Assembly (NCBI GenBank): GCA_903921325.1
Contig: CAIXPL010000025.1
Location: 4,905 to 68,904 of the forward strand
DNA from: an uncultured Pseudomonadota bacterium
GTDB taxonomy: Bacteria; Pseudomonadota; Gammaproteobacteria; Burkholderiales; SG8-39
Length of the DNA: 64,000 bases
Direction: 5' to 3'
The position numbers and the translations under genes were made by a program. The notes under the pieces are model-generated. The model did not search any database. It was not told the DNA's origin and saw only the letters and a list, made by a program, of their open reading frames with translations. Each line of letters begins with the position of its first letter. The first letter of the stretch is position 1. Below, piece after piece: positions 36,726-45,918 of the stretch.

Positions 36726-38381
36726 ATGGCGATGACCTGGCTCAGTCCTCAGTTGTCCTCCTTGAGAAATCCGGGGGCGCGCGTATTGGGTCTGACATTG
36801 ACAGGCGCGGCCATGGTGGGCGCATTTGCCCCTCTCGACTGGTGGCCGCTCGCACCGATCTGCATCGCGATCCTTTTCATCCACTGGCAAGAAGCAATCC
36901 ACCTGCGCTCTGCCTTCCTGAGCGGGTTTGCCTTTGGCCTCGGCTTTTTTCTGACCGGGGTCTCCTGGGTCTATATCAGCTTGCACACATACGGCTCTAT
37001 GCCGGCCGGTCTGGCGGTTCTCGCCACGCTCGCGTTCTGCAGCGGACTTGCCCTGTTTGTCGGAGCTACCGGAGCGATCACCGCACTGGTTGCCCCACGC
37101 GGACTTGTGCGCCTGTGTGTTGCGCCGTTCGTCTGGCTGTTGCTTGACTGGGCACGGACGCTGCCTTTAAACGGGTTTCCCTGGCTCGCACTGGGCTACT
37201 CGCAGGTCGACTCCCCGCTCGCAGGTTTCGCGCCATTGGGCGGTGTGTACGCGGTCGGTTTGGTGAGCGCGATCTGTGCCTCCTGCCTGGCCTATCTCGC
37301 GCTCGCTGTGCGCACCCGCTACCGACTGCGTATGCACGGGGCGGCAACGTCGATGCCCAAGGCTGAGCATGCGACGCAGCAGAGGACACTCCGGATACCC
37401 GATGCAGGGCATCCAGCGCAGCCGGTGGCGCAGGCGGTGGGGCTATTGCCGCGCGGGTCAGCCTGCGCCGCCCTGTTGATCGGCGGCCTGTGCCTCATTG
37501 GTGTCTGGTCGCATCAGCACGCATGGACCACGCCGGTCGGCACCGGATTGGACGTGGCACTGGTGCAAGGTAATGTGCCCCTCGAATTTAAATTCTCCCG
37601 CGGGCGCTATGAGCAAACGCTGGAGCGCTATGCGCAATTGATCGAGAGTACGCATGCGCGCCTGGTGGTACTGCCCGAGACCGCAATACCCACTCTGCAG
37701 TCGGCGGTCGACTCTCGCTATTGGGCGCGCCTGCGGGCCCATGCCGTACGCACCAATGCTGACCTGCTCGTCGGCATCGTGACGGGGGACTTCGCCGCTG
37801 GGTATTTCAACGCGGTAGTCTCAATCGGTGTCTCGCCTGAACAGGTCTATCGCAAGCGCCACCTGGTTCCGTTCGGTGAATACATTCCGCTGGGATTCCA
37901 GTGGATTCTGTCGATACTCCACATCCCGATGTCCAGCTTTACGGCGGGGCCGGCAGCTGCCGCGCCACTGGCAGTTGCCGGTGAGCAAGTGGGCCTGAAT
38001 ATCTGTTACGAAGAGGCCTTTGGTAGTGAGATCATCGCCGCCCTGCCGCGTGCAACGCTGCTTGCCAATGTCAGCAATATGGCCTGGTTCGGTAATTCAC
38101 TTGCGCCAGCGCAGCACCTGGAGATGGCCCGCATGCTTGCGCTGGAAACCGGCCGCGACATACTGCGAGCAACCAACACGGGCGCCACCGCCATCGTTCG
38201 ACGCGATGGCAGTACCCAGGCCTTGCCCGGATTTGTAGAGGGCATTCTGCTCGTGCACGCCCAAGGTTATGAGGGCAGCACACCCTATGTAATGGGAGGC
38301 GATCGGCCATGTGTGCTGTTCAGTGCATTGCTGCTGCTGGCCATCGGCATTGCAACGCGCGTACGCGCACGCAAAGCGTGA
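36726..38381 (+). CDS. lnt: Apolipoprotein N-acyltransferase
   Basis: 551 aa. A multi-TM N-terminal half and a CN-hydrolase domain with VVLPETA, RKRHLVPFGEYIP and GLNICYEEAF (catalytic E-K-C). Confidence 0.92.
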   Translation: MAMTWLSPQLSSLRNPGARVLGLTLTGAAMVGAFAPLDWWPLAPICIAILFIHWQEAIHLRSAFLSGFAFGLGFFLTGVSWVYISLHTYGSMPAGLAVLATLAFCSGLALFVGATGAITALVAPRGLVRLCVAPFVWLLLDWARTLPLNGFPWLALGYSQVDSPLAGFAPLGGVYAVGLVSAICASCLAYLALAVRTRYRLRMHGAATSMPKAEHATQQRTLRIPDAGHPAQPVAQAVGLLPRGSACAALLIGGLCLIGVWSHQHAWTTPVGTGLDVALVQGNVPLEFKFSRGRYEQTLERYAQLIESTHARLVVLPETAIPTLQSAVDSRYWARLRAHAVRTNADLLVGIVTGDFAAGYFNAVVSIGVSPEQVYRKRHLVPFGEYIPLGFQWILSILHIPMSSFTAGPAAAAPLAVAGEQVGLNICYEEAFGSEIIAALPRATLLANVSNMAWFGNSLAPAQHLEMARMLALETGRDILRATNTGATAIVRRDGSTQALPGFVEGILLVHAQGYEGSTPYVMGGDRPCVLFSALLLLAIGIATRVRARKA

Positions 38382-38498
38382 TTTGATCAGTTACGAATCG
38401 CCCTGCCCGGTTCGGCGAAAGCCGGTAAAATCTGCGTGGGCTGGCGTACTTCGGGATGGTTTACCGAAACTGGCCCTGGCGAGTTGGCCGCGCAGCGC

Positions 38499-38530
38499 GG
38501 CCTAACCCCATTGCGGCCTAACCCCATTGC
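38499..38530. repeat. Exact tandem duplication, 2 x 16 nt, immediately upstream of or overlapping the glyQ start region
   Basis: GGCCTAACCCCATTGC occurs at 38499-38514 and 38515-38530. Confidence 0.95.
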
Positions 38531-38547
38531 GACACGGCGGGCAGTCA

Positions 38548-39564
38548 GTGCGTTCCTTTCAAGACATCATTCTCACCTTGCAATCGTTCTGGGGCGCGCA
38601 AGGCTGCGTGCTGCTGCAGCCCTATGACATGGAGGTCGGTGCTGGTACGTTTCACACGGCGACCTTCCTGCGCGCGATCGGCCCGGAGCCCTGGCGCGCC
38701 GCCTATGTCCAACCGTCACGCCGTCCGAAAGACGGGCGCTATGGCGAGAACCCGAACCGCCTGCAACACTACTATCAATATCAGGTGGCGCTGAAACCCT
38801 CGCCGCCGAATATCCAGACGCTCTATCTCGACAGCCTCGCGGCGCTCGGCATCAATGCCCGTGAGCATGACATCCGATTCGTCGAGGATGACTGGGAATC
38901 GCCCACACTGGGCGCCTGGGGTCTGGGATGGGAGGTCTGGCTCGACGGCATGGAGGTGACCCAGTTCACCTATTTCCAGGAAGTGGGCAGCCTGCAGTGC
39001 AAACCGGTGCTGGGCGAGATTACTTACGGTATCGAGCGCCTGGCGATGTATCTGCAGGGTGTCGAGAATATTTTTGATCTGCAATGGACACCGGGGGTCA
39101 GCTATGGCGATGTGTACCACCAGAACGAGGTGGAACAGTCGCGCTATAACTTCGAGCAGTCGAATCCCGAATGGCTGTTGCGTCTGTTCGATGATTTTGA
39201 ACGCGAAGCGCACCGGCTGATCGATGGCGGGCTGGCGCTGCCCGGTTACGAGATGGTGATGAAATGCTCGCACACCTTCAATCTTCTGGACGCGCGTGGC
39301 ACGGTCTCGGTGACTGAACGGGCGGCCTATATAGGCCGGGTGCGCGCGCTTGCACGCAAGGTTGCCCAGGCGTATTTCAATGCCCGCGAGGCACTCGGAT
39401 TTCCGCTGGTCGCACGGGCCGCGCAATCGGCTCACGCGGCGCAGGGAGCGTCGGGGGGGCCTGAGGCCTCGGGCGCGCAGACCGCGCCGGATGGTTCAGG
39501 GGCCACCGCGTCACGCGCCGTGCCGCAAGGCGCAGCCCCAGAGCAGCCGGTGACCCAGCGATGA
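38548..39564 (+). CDS. glyQ: Glycyl-tRNA synthetase alpha subunit, with a roughly 49-aa low-complexity C-terminal tail
   Basis: [40 protein letters not shown] is a typical GlyQ N-terminus. GTG 38548 is preferred, because the track's TTG 38527 lies inside the 16-nt duplication. The stop overlaps the glyS start. Confidence 0.92.
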   Translation: MRSFQDIILTLQSFWGAQGCVLLQPYDMEVGAGTFHTATFLRAIGPEPWRAAYVQPSRRPKDGRYGENPNRLQHYYQYQVALKPSPPNIQTLYLDSLAALGINAREHDIRFVEDDWESPTLGAWGLGWEVWLDGMEVTQFTYFQEVGSLQCKPVLGEITYGIERLAMYLQGVENIFDLQWTPGVSYGDVYHQNEVEQSRYNFEQSNPEWLLRLFDDFEREAHRLIDGGLALPGYEMVMKCSHTFNLLDARGTVSVTERAAYIGRVRALARKVAQAYFNAREALGFPLVARAAQSAHAAQGASGGPEASGAQTAPDGSGATASRAVPQGAAPEQPVTQR

Positions 39565-41627
39565 GCCAAACCCTGCTGGTTGAACTGTTGACTGAAGAGC
39601 TGCCGGCACGCGGCTTGCGCGAGCTGGGCATGCGGTTCGGACGCGCCGTGGCCGATGCCCTGATCAAGGCCGGCTATGCATCGAGCGACGCGGTACTGCA
39701 TACCTATGCCACGCCAAGGCGTCTTGCCTTCACGCTCGCGCAGGTGAACCGCATACAGCCGCAGCAGACCGTAGAGCGCAAAGGGCCTGCGCTCAGCGCC
39801 GCCTGGAAGGATGGACAACCGACCGCGGCGTTGATCGGATTTGCCCGCTCCTGCGGCGTGCCGATCGAACAGCTCGAACGCTCAGGAGTCGGGCGCGCCG
39901 AAGTGATGGTTTACCGCGCCACGCGCCCGGGGGAAACACTGGAGAGCGTCCTGCCTGGACTGCTCGAACAGTCGTTACGGGCGCTGCCGGCCCATAAACT
40001 GATGCGCTGGGGAAGTGGCGACACCGAATTCATACGGCCCGTACACCGGCTGGTGATACTGCTCGGCGATCAGGTGCTTGAGGCCGCAGTCATGGGCTTG
40101 CCGTCGGGCCGCACAAGCAGCGGTCATCGCTTCCTGGGCGCGGCCGAGCTCACCATCAATGATGCCGATCACTATGCCGCGCAGCTCGCCACGACAGGAC
40201 GCGTGCTGGCTGACTTTGCCAGCCGCGCCGCGGCCATCGAACAGGGCCTGGACCAGGCCGCCGGCAGCGCAACTCTGGCCGATCGTGGGCTGATCGAAGA
40301 GGTCGCCGCGCTGGTCGAGTATCCGGCGATCTATCAGGGGTATTTTGACCAGGCCTTCCTCGCGGTACCGCAGGAATGCCTGATGCTCACCATGAAGGCC
40401 AATCAGAAATACTTTCCCTTGCTCGACGCCGATGGTCGACTGCTCAATCGCTTCCTCATCGTGAGCAATATGCCGATTGATGATGCCGCAGCCATCGTGC
40501 GTGGCAATGAGCGGGTGTTGCGCGCCCGTCTATCCGACGCGCGGTTCTTTTTTGATCAGGACCGCCGCGAGCGGCTGGACGCGCGGGTCGAAGCGCTGGC
40601 GCAAGTGGTCTACCACAATCGCCTGGGCAGCCAGCGCGAGCGCACCGAGCGGATCGTGCAGATCGCCTGCGCCATCGCGCAAGCCCTGCCAGCGGTGTCC
40701 GTGCCCGAGGTGGCGCGCGCCGCCCTGCTGTGCAAGGCCGATCTGCTGACCGGGATGGTTGGCGAGTTCCCCGAGTTGCAGGGCATCATGGGCATGCACT
40801 ATGCCCGCCATGATGGCGAACCGGAAACAGTATGTCGCGCCATTGAAGCCCACTACCGCCCGCGCGGCGCCGGCGCAGCCTTGCCTGAGGATGCCACGGG
40901 TGATTGCGTGGCACTCGCCGATAAACTCGATACCCTGGCAGGCATCTACGGCATCGGCCTCATCCCCACGGGCGACAAAGACCCCTTCGGCCTGCGCAGA
41001 GCAGCGCTCGGGGTGGTGCGCATCCTGATCGAACACCGGTTGACGCTCAACCTTGACGAGTTGGTCACCCTCGCCTGCGCTCAGCTCACTCATCGGAATG
41101 TCAGCGCAACACTGGCAACTGATCTGGTTGCGTTCATCACCGAGCGCCTGCGCTCGTATCTGCGCGATAGTGGCAACCCGGCCGAAGATATCGATGCCGT
41201 GCTGTCGCTGGCACCGACACGGCTTGACACCATTCCCGATCGACTGGCGGCACTGCAGGCGTTTCGCCATCTACCGGAATCGGCCGCCCTCGCAGCGGCC
41301 AACAAGCGCATCAGCAATATCCTGCGCAAATCCGCGGTCACTGCGACCACCCAGATCGACACTGCACTGCTGCTCGAGCGCGCAGAGCAGGCGCTGTATG
41401 AACAGCTGCTGCGACTCGAACCCCAGATCGATCAAGACCTGCAGCGAGGCCAGTTTGCCGAGGCTCTGCTGCAACTGGCCTCGTTGCGTGACCCGGTGGA
41501 TGTGTTTTTCGATCAGGTCATGGTCAATGCGGATCAGGCAGCGCTGCGCACGAACCGGCTCGCCTTGCTGACCCGATTAAGCGCTCTGATGACCGGCGTA
41601 GCCGATCTGTCGCGCCTGTCGGCATGA
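39561..41627 (+). CDS. glyS: Glycyl-tRNA synthetase beta subunit
   Basis: 688 aa. [17 protein letters not shown]-terminus. Coupled to glyQ by an ATGA overlap. Confidence 0.93.
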   Translation: MSQTLLVELLTEELPARGLRELGMRFGRAVADALIKAGYASSDAVLHTYATPRRLAFTLAQVNRIQPQQTVERKGPALSAAWKDGQPTAALIGFARSCGVPIEQLERSGVGRAEVMVYRATRPGETLESVLPGLLEQSLRALPAHKLMRWGSGDTEFIRPVHRLVILLGDQVLEAAVMGLPSGRTSSGHRFLGAAELTINDADHYAAQLATTGRVLADFASRAAAIEQGLDQAAGSATLADRGLIEEVAALVEYPAIYQGYFDQAFLAVPQECLMLTMKANQKYFPLLDADGRLLNRFLIVSNMPIDDAAAIVRGNERVLRARLSDARFFFDQDRRERLDARVEALAQVVYHNRLGSQRERTERIVQIACAIAQALPAVSVPEVARAALLCKADLLTGMVGEFPELQGIMGMHYARHDGEPETVCRAIEAHYRPRGAGAALPEDATGDCVALADKLDTLAGIYGIGLIPTGDKDPFGLRRAALGVVRILIEHRLTLNLDELVTLACAQLTHRNVSATLATDLVAFITERLRSYLRDSGNPAEDIDAVLSLAPTRLDTIPDRLAALQAFRHLPESAALAAANKRISNILRKSAVTATTQIDTALLLERAEQALYEQLLRLEPQIDQDLQRGQFAEALLQLASLRDPVDVFFDQVMVNADQAALRTNRLALLTRLSALMTGVADLSRLSA

Positions 41628-42160
41628 GCCGCCTGGTCATCCTCGACCGGGACGGCGTGATCAATCACGAGAGTCCGCAGTACATCAAGTCGCCCGCAGA
41701 GTGGAATCCGCTACCGGGCAGCCTGGAGGCGATCGCGCGATTGCATCAGGCTGGCTATCTGGTTGCGGTGGCGACGAATCAATCGGGCATCGGCCGCGGC
41801 ATGTTTGACATGACGACTCTGGCGGCCATTCATACCAAGATGCATCGCGCGGTCACGCATGCCGGCGGTCGCATCGATGCCTTGTTCTATTGCCCGCATG
41901 CATCGCTGATCGAGTGCCCCTGCCGCAAGCCAAAGCCGGGCATGCTGAACGCGATCAGCGAACGGCTGCAAATCCCCTTGACCGGGGTCTGGTGTGTCGG
42001 CGATTCGCGGCGCGACCTGGATGCCGCCGCCAATGCCGGGGCTGACCCGGTACTGGTGCTCACCGGCAACGGACGCCAGACACTGGCCGGTGGCAAGTTG
42101 CCTGCTGGCACCCGCACCTTTGACAACCTGGATGCAGTCTCGCGGGCACTGGTCGGATGA
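41624..42160 (+). CDS. gmhB: D-glycero-beta-D-manno-heptose-1,7-bisphosphate 7-phosphatase (HAD family)
   Basis: VILDRDGVIN (DxDG nucleophile motif), VATNQSGIGRG, CRKPKPGM and GDSRRDLDAA. Confidence 0.88.
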   Translation: MSRLVILDRDGVINHESPQYIKSPAEWNPLPGSLEAIARLHQAGYLVAVATNQSGIGRGMFDMTTLAAIHTKMHRAVTHAGGRIDALFYCPHASLIECPCRKPKPGMLNAISERLQIPLTGVWCVGDSRRDLDAAANAGADPVLVLTGNGRQTLAGGKLPAGTRTFDNLDAVSRALVG

Positions 42161-42882
42161 GGGTCGCGCGCTCATTGCTGTATTTGCTGGTGCTGATTGT
42201 AATTACGCCCTTCTACTGGGTGATCACCATGCTGTCGGCGCCTTTGCCGCGCCTGACCCGCTGGCGGATCATCGCTGGCTGGCCACGTTTTGCCGCCTGG
42301 CTGGCTGGCCCTTTGCTCGGCATCACCTTTGTCGTCAATGGCCGGCAGAATATTCCGACCGAGCCGTGCATGATTTTTTCCAAGCACTCTTCCGCCTGGG
42401 AAACGCTCGCTTTCAGCGGCATTTTTCCGCCCCATATTTATGTGTTGAAGCGCGAATTGCTGTGGATTCCCTTTCTTGGCTGGGGTCTCGCCCTGTTCAG
42501 CCCGATTGCGATCAATCGCTCCAACCGCCGCCAGGCCATGCAACGTCTTACGGAGCAGGGTGTTGTACGCTTCCGGCAAGGATTCTCAATCATGATCTTT
42601 CCGGAAGGAACCCGGGTACCGATCGGGCGCCGCGCGCCGTGGCGTGGTGGTGGTGCTGCGCTTGCCTGCAGCCTGGACGCCAAAGTCCTGCCAGTGGCGC
42701 ACGACGCCGGGTGTTTCTGGCCACGCAATGCGCTGGTCAAGACACCAGGCCGAATCACCGTATCCATCGGATCGCCGATCGATACACGGGGCATGAGTGC
42801 CGATGCGGTGATGCGTCAGGTCGAAACCTGGGTCGAGTCCGAGGTCGAGCGCATCACCGGCATCACGGCACGTCGTTCATGA
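42157..42882 (+). CDS. plsC: 1-acyl-sn-glycerol-3-phosphate acyltransferase
   Basis: 241 aa. Acyltransferase blocks SKHSSAWETL and IFPEGTR. Confidence 0.88.
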   Translation: MRVARSLLYLLVLIVITPFYWVITMLSAPLPRLTRWRIIAGWPRFAAWLAGPLLGITFVVNGRQNIPTEPCMIFSKHSSAWETLAFSGIFPPHIYVLKRELLWIPFLGWGLALFSPIAINRSNRRQAMQRLTEQGVVRFRQGFSIMIFPEGTRVPIGRRAPWRGGGAALACSLDAKVLPVAHDAGCFWPRNALVKTPGRITVSIGSPIDTRGMSADAVMRQVETWVESEVERITGITARRS

Positions 42883-43688
42883 GCACGCGCAGCGAGTCCT
42901 CGAACAGCGCACTGGACAGCCATTTGCCGCAACAGCTTGATCTGCCGCTGGTCAGCCCCGCGCCAGCGCGTCCAGGCGAATGGATCATTCGTGCGGTTCG
43001 TCTGAACGGGCGCGTCATGAGCTACCGGCTACGACGCTCACGGCGCAAGACCATCGCCTTGTATGTCGATCCGAACGGGCTTTATGTCGCAGCACCACGC
43101 TGGGTGGCGATCGGCGAGATCGAGCGTTTCATGCTTGAAAAAGAGCGTTGGATCGTTGCAAAAATGGTCGAGGTGGCCAACCGGGCACCGGGGTTTCAAT
43201 GGACCGAGGGTGCCGAACTGGTGGTTTTTGATCGTTCCCACCGGATCGTGATCAGTGCCAGCGCCCAGACTGTGATCCACCACGATGGGCAGATTCTGGT
43301 GCCTCAAGCGTGGCTTGGAACCGAACGGCTGCGGCGCACGATCGTGGACTGGATCAGGACCTGTGCATTGCCGCACTTTGAAGCACTGGTGCACCTGCAT
43401 GCCCCCGCGCTCGGCGTCGCAATCCCGCAAGTGCGCCTGTCCAGCGCGCGCACCCGCTGGGGTAGTTGTTCGATTGCGCGCGGCGGCAAGGCGCAGATTC
43501 GACTCAATTGGCGCCTCGCACTACTGCCGCCGCGATTAAGCGACTACGTGGTGGTACACGAGCTCGCGCATCTGCGCGAAATGAATCACTCACCGCGTTT
43601 CTGGGCCTGGGTGGCGCGTGCCTATCCGGGCTATCGCGAGGCCGAACGTGAATTGCGCCAGCGTGGGCGGTTGATTCCGGCGCTCTAG
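42879..43688 (+). CDS. YgjP-like (DUF45/M48-related) metal-dependent hydrolase
   Basis: C-terminal 269 aa of track ORF 41994-43688, starting MSTRSESSN (ATG 42879, ATGA overlap with the plsC stop). VVHELAHLREMNHS zinc motif. Confidence 0.8.
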   Translation: MSTRSESSNSALDSHLPQQLDLPLVSPAPARPGEWIIRAVRLNGRVMSYRLRRSRRKTIALYVDPNGLYVAAPRWVAIGEIERFMLEKERWIVAKMVEVANRAPGFQWTEGAELVVFDRSHRIVISASAQTVIHHDGQILVPQAWLGTERLRRTIVDWIRTCALPHFEALVHLHAPALGVAIPQVRLSSARTRWGSCSIARGGKAQIRLNWRLALLPPRLSDYVVVHELAHLREMNHSPRFWAWVARAYPGYREAERELRQRGRLIPAL

Positions 43689-44485
43689 GCCGGCTGCGAC
43701 GACGCTGACTGCGGCGCAATGAGCGCAATGCGTCGCCAATCCTCATAGCCCAGGGATTCCGGTCGCTTGGTCGGATCGATACCGATGGCTTGCAGAGCAG
43801 CGGCATCGACAATGCCGTTCAGCGCATTGCGCAATGTCTTGCGCCGATGAGAAAACGCGGCACTCACCACCGCGGCCAGCCGCGCGAGATCCACCGCACC
43901 CAAATCGGCCACGGCGCGTGGCCGCAAACGCACAATCGCCGAATCGACCGCCGGTGGCGGCGTGAACGCCTGCGGCGGGACACCGAACAGGCACTGGACC
44001 TCGCATCGATGCTGCACCATCACCGACAGCCGGCCATACTGTCGGCTCCCCGGTGCGGCGGCCATGCGTTCGACCACTTCCCGTTGCAGCATGAAATGCA
44101 TGTCGACAATGCGCTCGGCCTGCTGCAACAAATGGAACAGGATGGGGGTGGAAATATTGTAGGGCAGATTGCCCACCACGCGGATTGGAGCGGGCAAGCA
44201 GGCGAGATCAAAATCGAGCGCGTCGCCTTCGTGCACAGTCAGTCGGTCTGCCGGATGGGTGACACGCAAGCGTTGCACCAGATCGCGGTCGATTTCAATC
44301 ACGTGCAGATGATCGAGGCACTCGAGCAATGGCACGGTCAGGGCCGCCAGACCCGGGCCGATCTCGACCATTGCCTCGCTGCGCAGCGGCGCAACGGCCG
44401 CAACGATCTGCGCAATTACCGCGCGGTCGTTAAGAAAATGCTGGCCGAATCGCTTGCGCGGACGGTGATTGCCCGATCCAGTCAA
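43685..44485 (-). CDS. rsmA: 16S rRNA (adenine1518/1519-N6)-dimethyltransferase
   Basis: RKRFGQHFL N-terminus, VEIGPGLAALT SAM motif, and VVGNLPYNISTPI. Confidence 0.93.
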   Translation of the reverse strand: MTGSGNHRPRKRFGQHFLNDRAVIAQIVAAVAPLRSEAMVEIGPGLAALTVPLLECLDHLHVIEIDRDLVQRLRVTHPADRLTVHEGDALDFDLACLPAPIRVVGNLPYNISTPILFHLLQQAERIVDMHFMLQREVVERMAAAPGSRQYGRLSVMVQHRCEVQCLFGVPPQAFTPPPAVDSAIVRLRPRAVADLGAVDLARLAAVVSAAFSHRRKTLRNALNGIVDAAALQAIGIDPTKRPESLGYEDWRRIALIAPQSASSQPA

Positions 44486-45802
44486 CTAGCGCTCTTCGAG
44501 TCGGTATTCCACGTAAGTGCGGTCGCGCAGTTCGCGTAACCAGTTCTCGTACGCTTCGTCAGATTTGCTGTCCCGCACCGCCTTGCGCGCCTGCGCCCGC
44601 TTGCGATCAATCGATACATCGCCACGGCGCTTTTCAATCACGCGGATCAGGTGCCAGCCAAATTGCGTGCGCACGGGTTCACTTAACTCGCCAGGTGACA
44701 ACTGGCGCAGCATGCGGTCAAATTCAGCCACCGTATCGCCGGGAAAGATCCAACCCAGATCGCCGCCGCGCGATGCCGATCCGTCGTCGGAGTTCAATCG
44801 GGCCAGCTCCTCGAAATTTGCGCCCTCTACGATTCGCTCGCGCAACTGATTGATGCGCCGGTGAGCTTCGCCGTCAGATACCAACTCATTGGTTCTGATC
44901 AGGATGTGCTCGGCATGGATTTGCTCGACCTGTTCCTCGCTCTTGCTGACCCCGCGCAGATCGTCCAGATGCAGCACATGAAAACCGGCTGGGCTGCGCA
45001 GGACGCCACTGGTATCGCCCGGCTTCATCGTATCGAGCGCCGCCAGAAATAGCTCGGGAATCCGGTTGCGAGCACGCCAGCCCATCGAACCGCCCTGCAA
45101 GGCGTCACTGCCCTCGGACTGACTGACCGCGAGCTCGGAAAACGCCGTTTTGGCCCTGGCCTGGGCTGCGACGCCCTGCGCCTTTGCACGAAGCGCCTCG
45201 ATCTGCTCGGAGGATGCCCCATCGGGTATGCGCAACAGGATCTGCGACACCAGATACTCAGCGCCCTTCATGTTGGCCGCCTCGCGCTTGCCTTCTCCGG
45301 CGATGAAATCATCCACTTCGCTATCGACTACCAAAATTCGGCTGTCAACCTCGCGATCGCGCACCCTCGCAAGCAGAATTTCGGTGCGAATATCGGTGCG
45401 CAAGCGTTCAAACGGCAGCTTGTCGCGCTCGAGCGCCTGGCGAAAATCGGCGAGTGACATCTGATTTTCAGCGGCAATGCGCTCGATCGCCCGGTCAACC
45501 TGCTGATCGTCAACCCGGATGCCGTTGTCTTCGGCCAGCTGGAGCTGGGCCCGCTCAGCGATCATCCGTTCGAGCACTTGCCGCTGAATGGTCTCGATGG
45601 GCGGCAAACTGACTTTTTGCTGCTTGAGCTGCCGCGTGACCACGTCAACGCGGTCATTGAGCTGACCGAGCGTAATCACGTCCTTGTTGACCACTGCCAC
45701 AATGCGGTCAAGCAGCACCGGGGGGCTCGACGAGGCAGCCCACGCACTGGCACAGACAAAGACCGTCAAGGCGCTCAGCAACATCCACGCACACCGAGGC
45801 AT
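44486..45802 (-). CDS. surA: Periplasmic chaperone/peptidyl-prolyl isomerase SurA
   Basis: Signal peptide MPRCAWMLLSALTVFVCASAWA after trimming from 45922. SurA N-domain followed by two parvulin-like PPIase domains (GGSMGW, GGDLGWI). The trimmed start lacks an obvious SD. Confidence 0.85.
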   Translation of the reverse strand: MPRCAWMLLSALTVFVCASAWAASSSPPVLLDRIVAVVNKDVITLGQLNDRVDVVTRQLKQQKVSLPPIETIQRQVLERMIAERAQLQLAEDNGIRVDDQQVDRAIERIAAENQMSLADFRQALERDKLPFERLRTDIRTEILLARVRDREVDSRILVVDSEVDDFIAGEGKREAANMKGAEYLVSQILLRIPDGASSEQIEALRAKAQGVAAQARAKTAFSELAVSQSEGSDALQGGSMGWRARNRIPELFLAALDTMKPGDTSGVLRSPAGFHVLHLDDLRGVSKSEEQVEQIHAEHILIRTNELVSDGEAHRRINQLRERIVEGANFEELARLNSDDGSASRGGDLGWIFPGDTVAEFDRMLRQLSPGELSEPVRTQFGWHLIRVIEKRRGDVSIDRKRAQARKAVRDSKSDEAYENWLRELRDRTYVEYRLEER

Positions 45803-45918
45803 ACCGCGTGCGCGCTGGTGTAGCCCCTCCGCACTCGCAGCCGTAACGGTGACCTTGCCCGATGTGCGGCAGCCACGGGCTGGATTGCGCTGGTGAAACC
45901 GTGTGCGTGTCATTGACG

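Noticed and set aside
41994-43688. A 564-aa ORF that could be read as a large novel protein spanning gmhB and plsC.
   Set aside because: Only the last 269 codons (from ATG 42879) have protein-like features (HELAHL hydrolase). The upstream part is an alternative frame of the well-supported gmhB and plsC genes.
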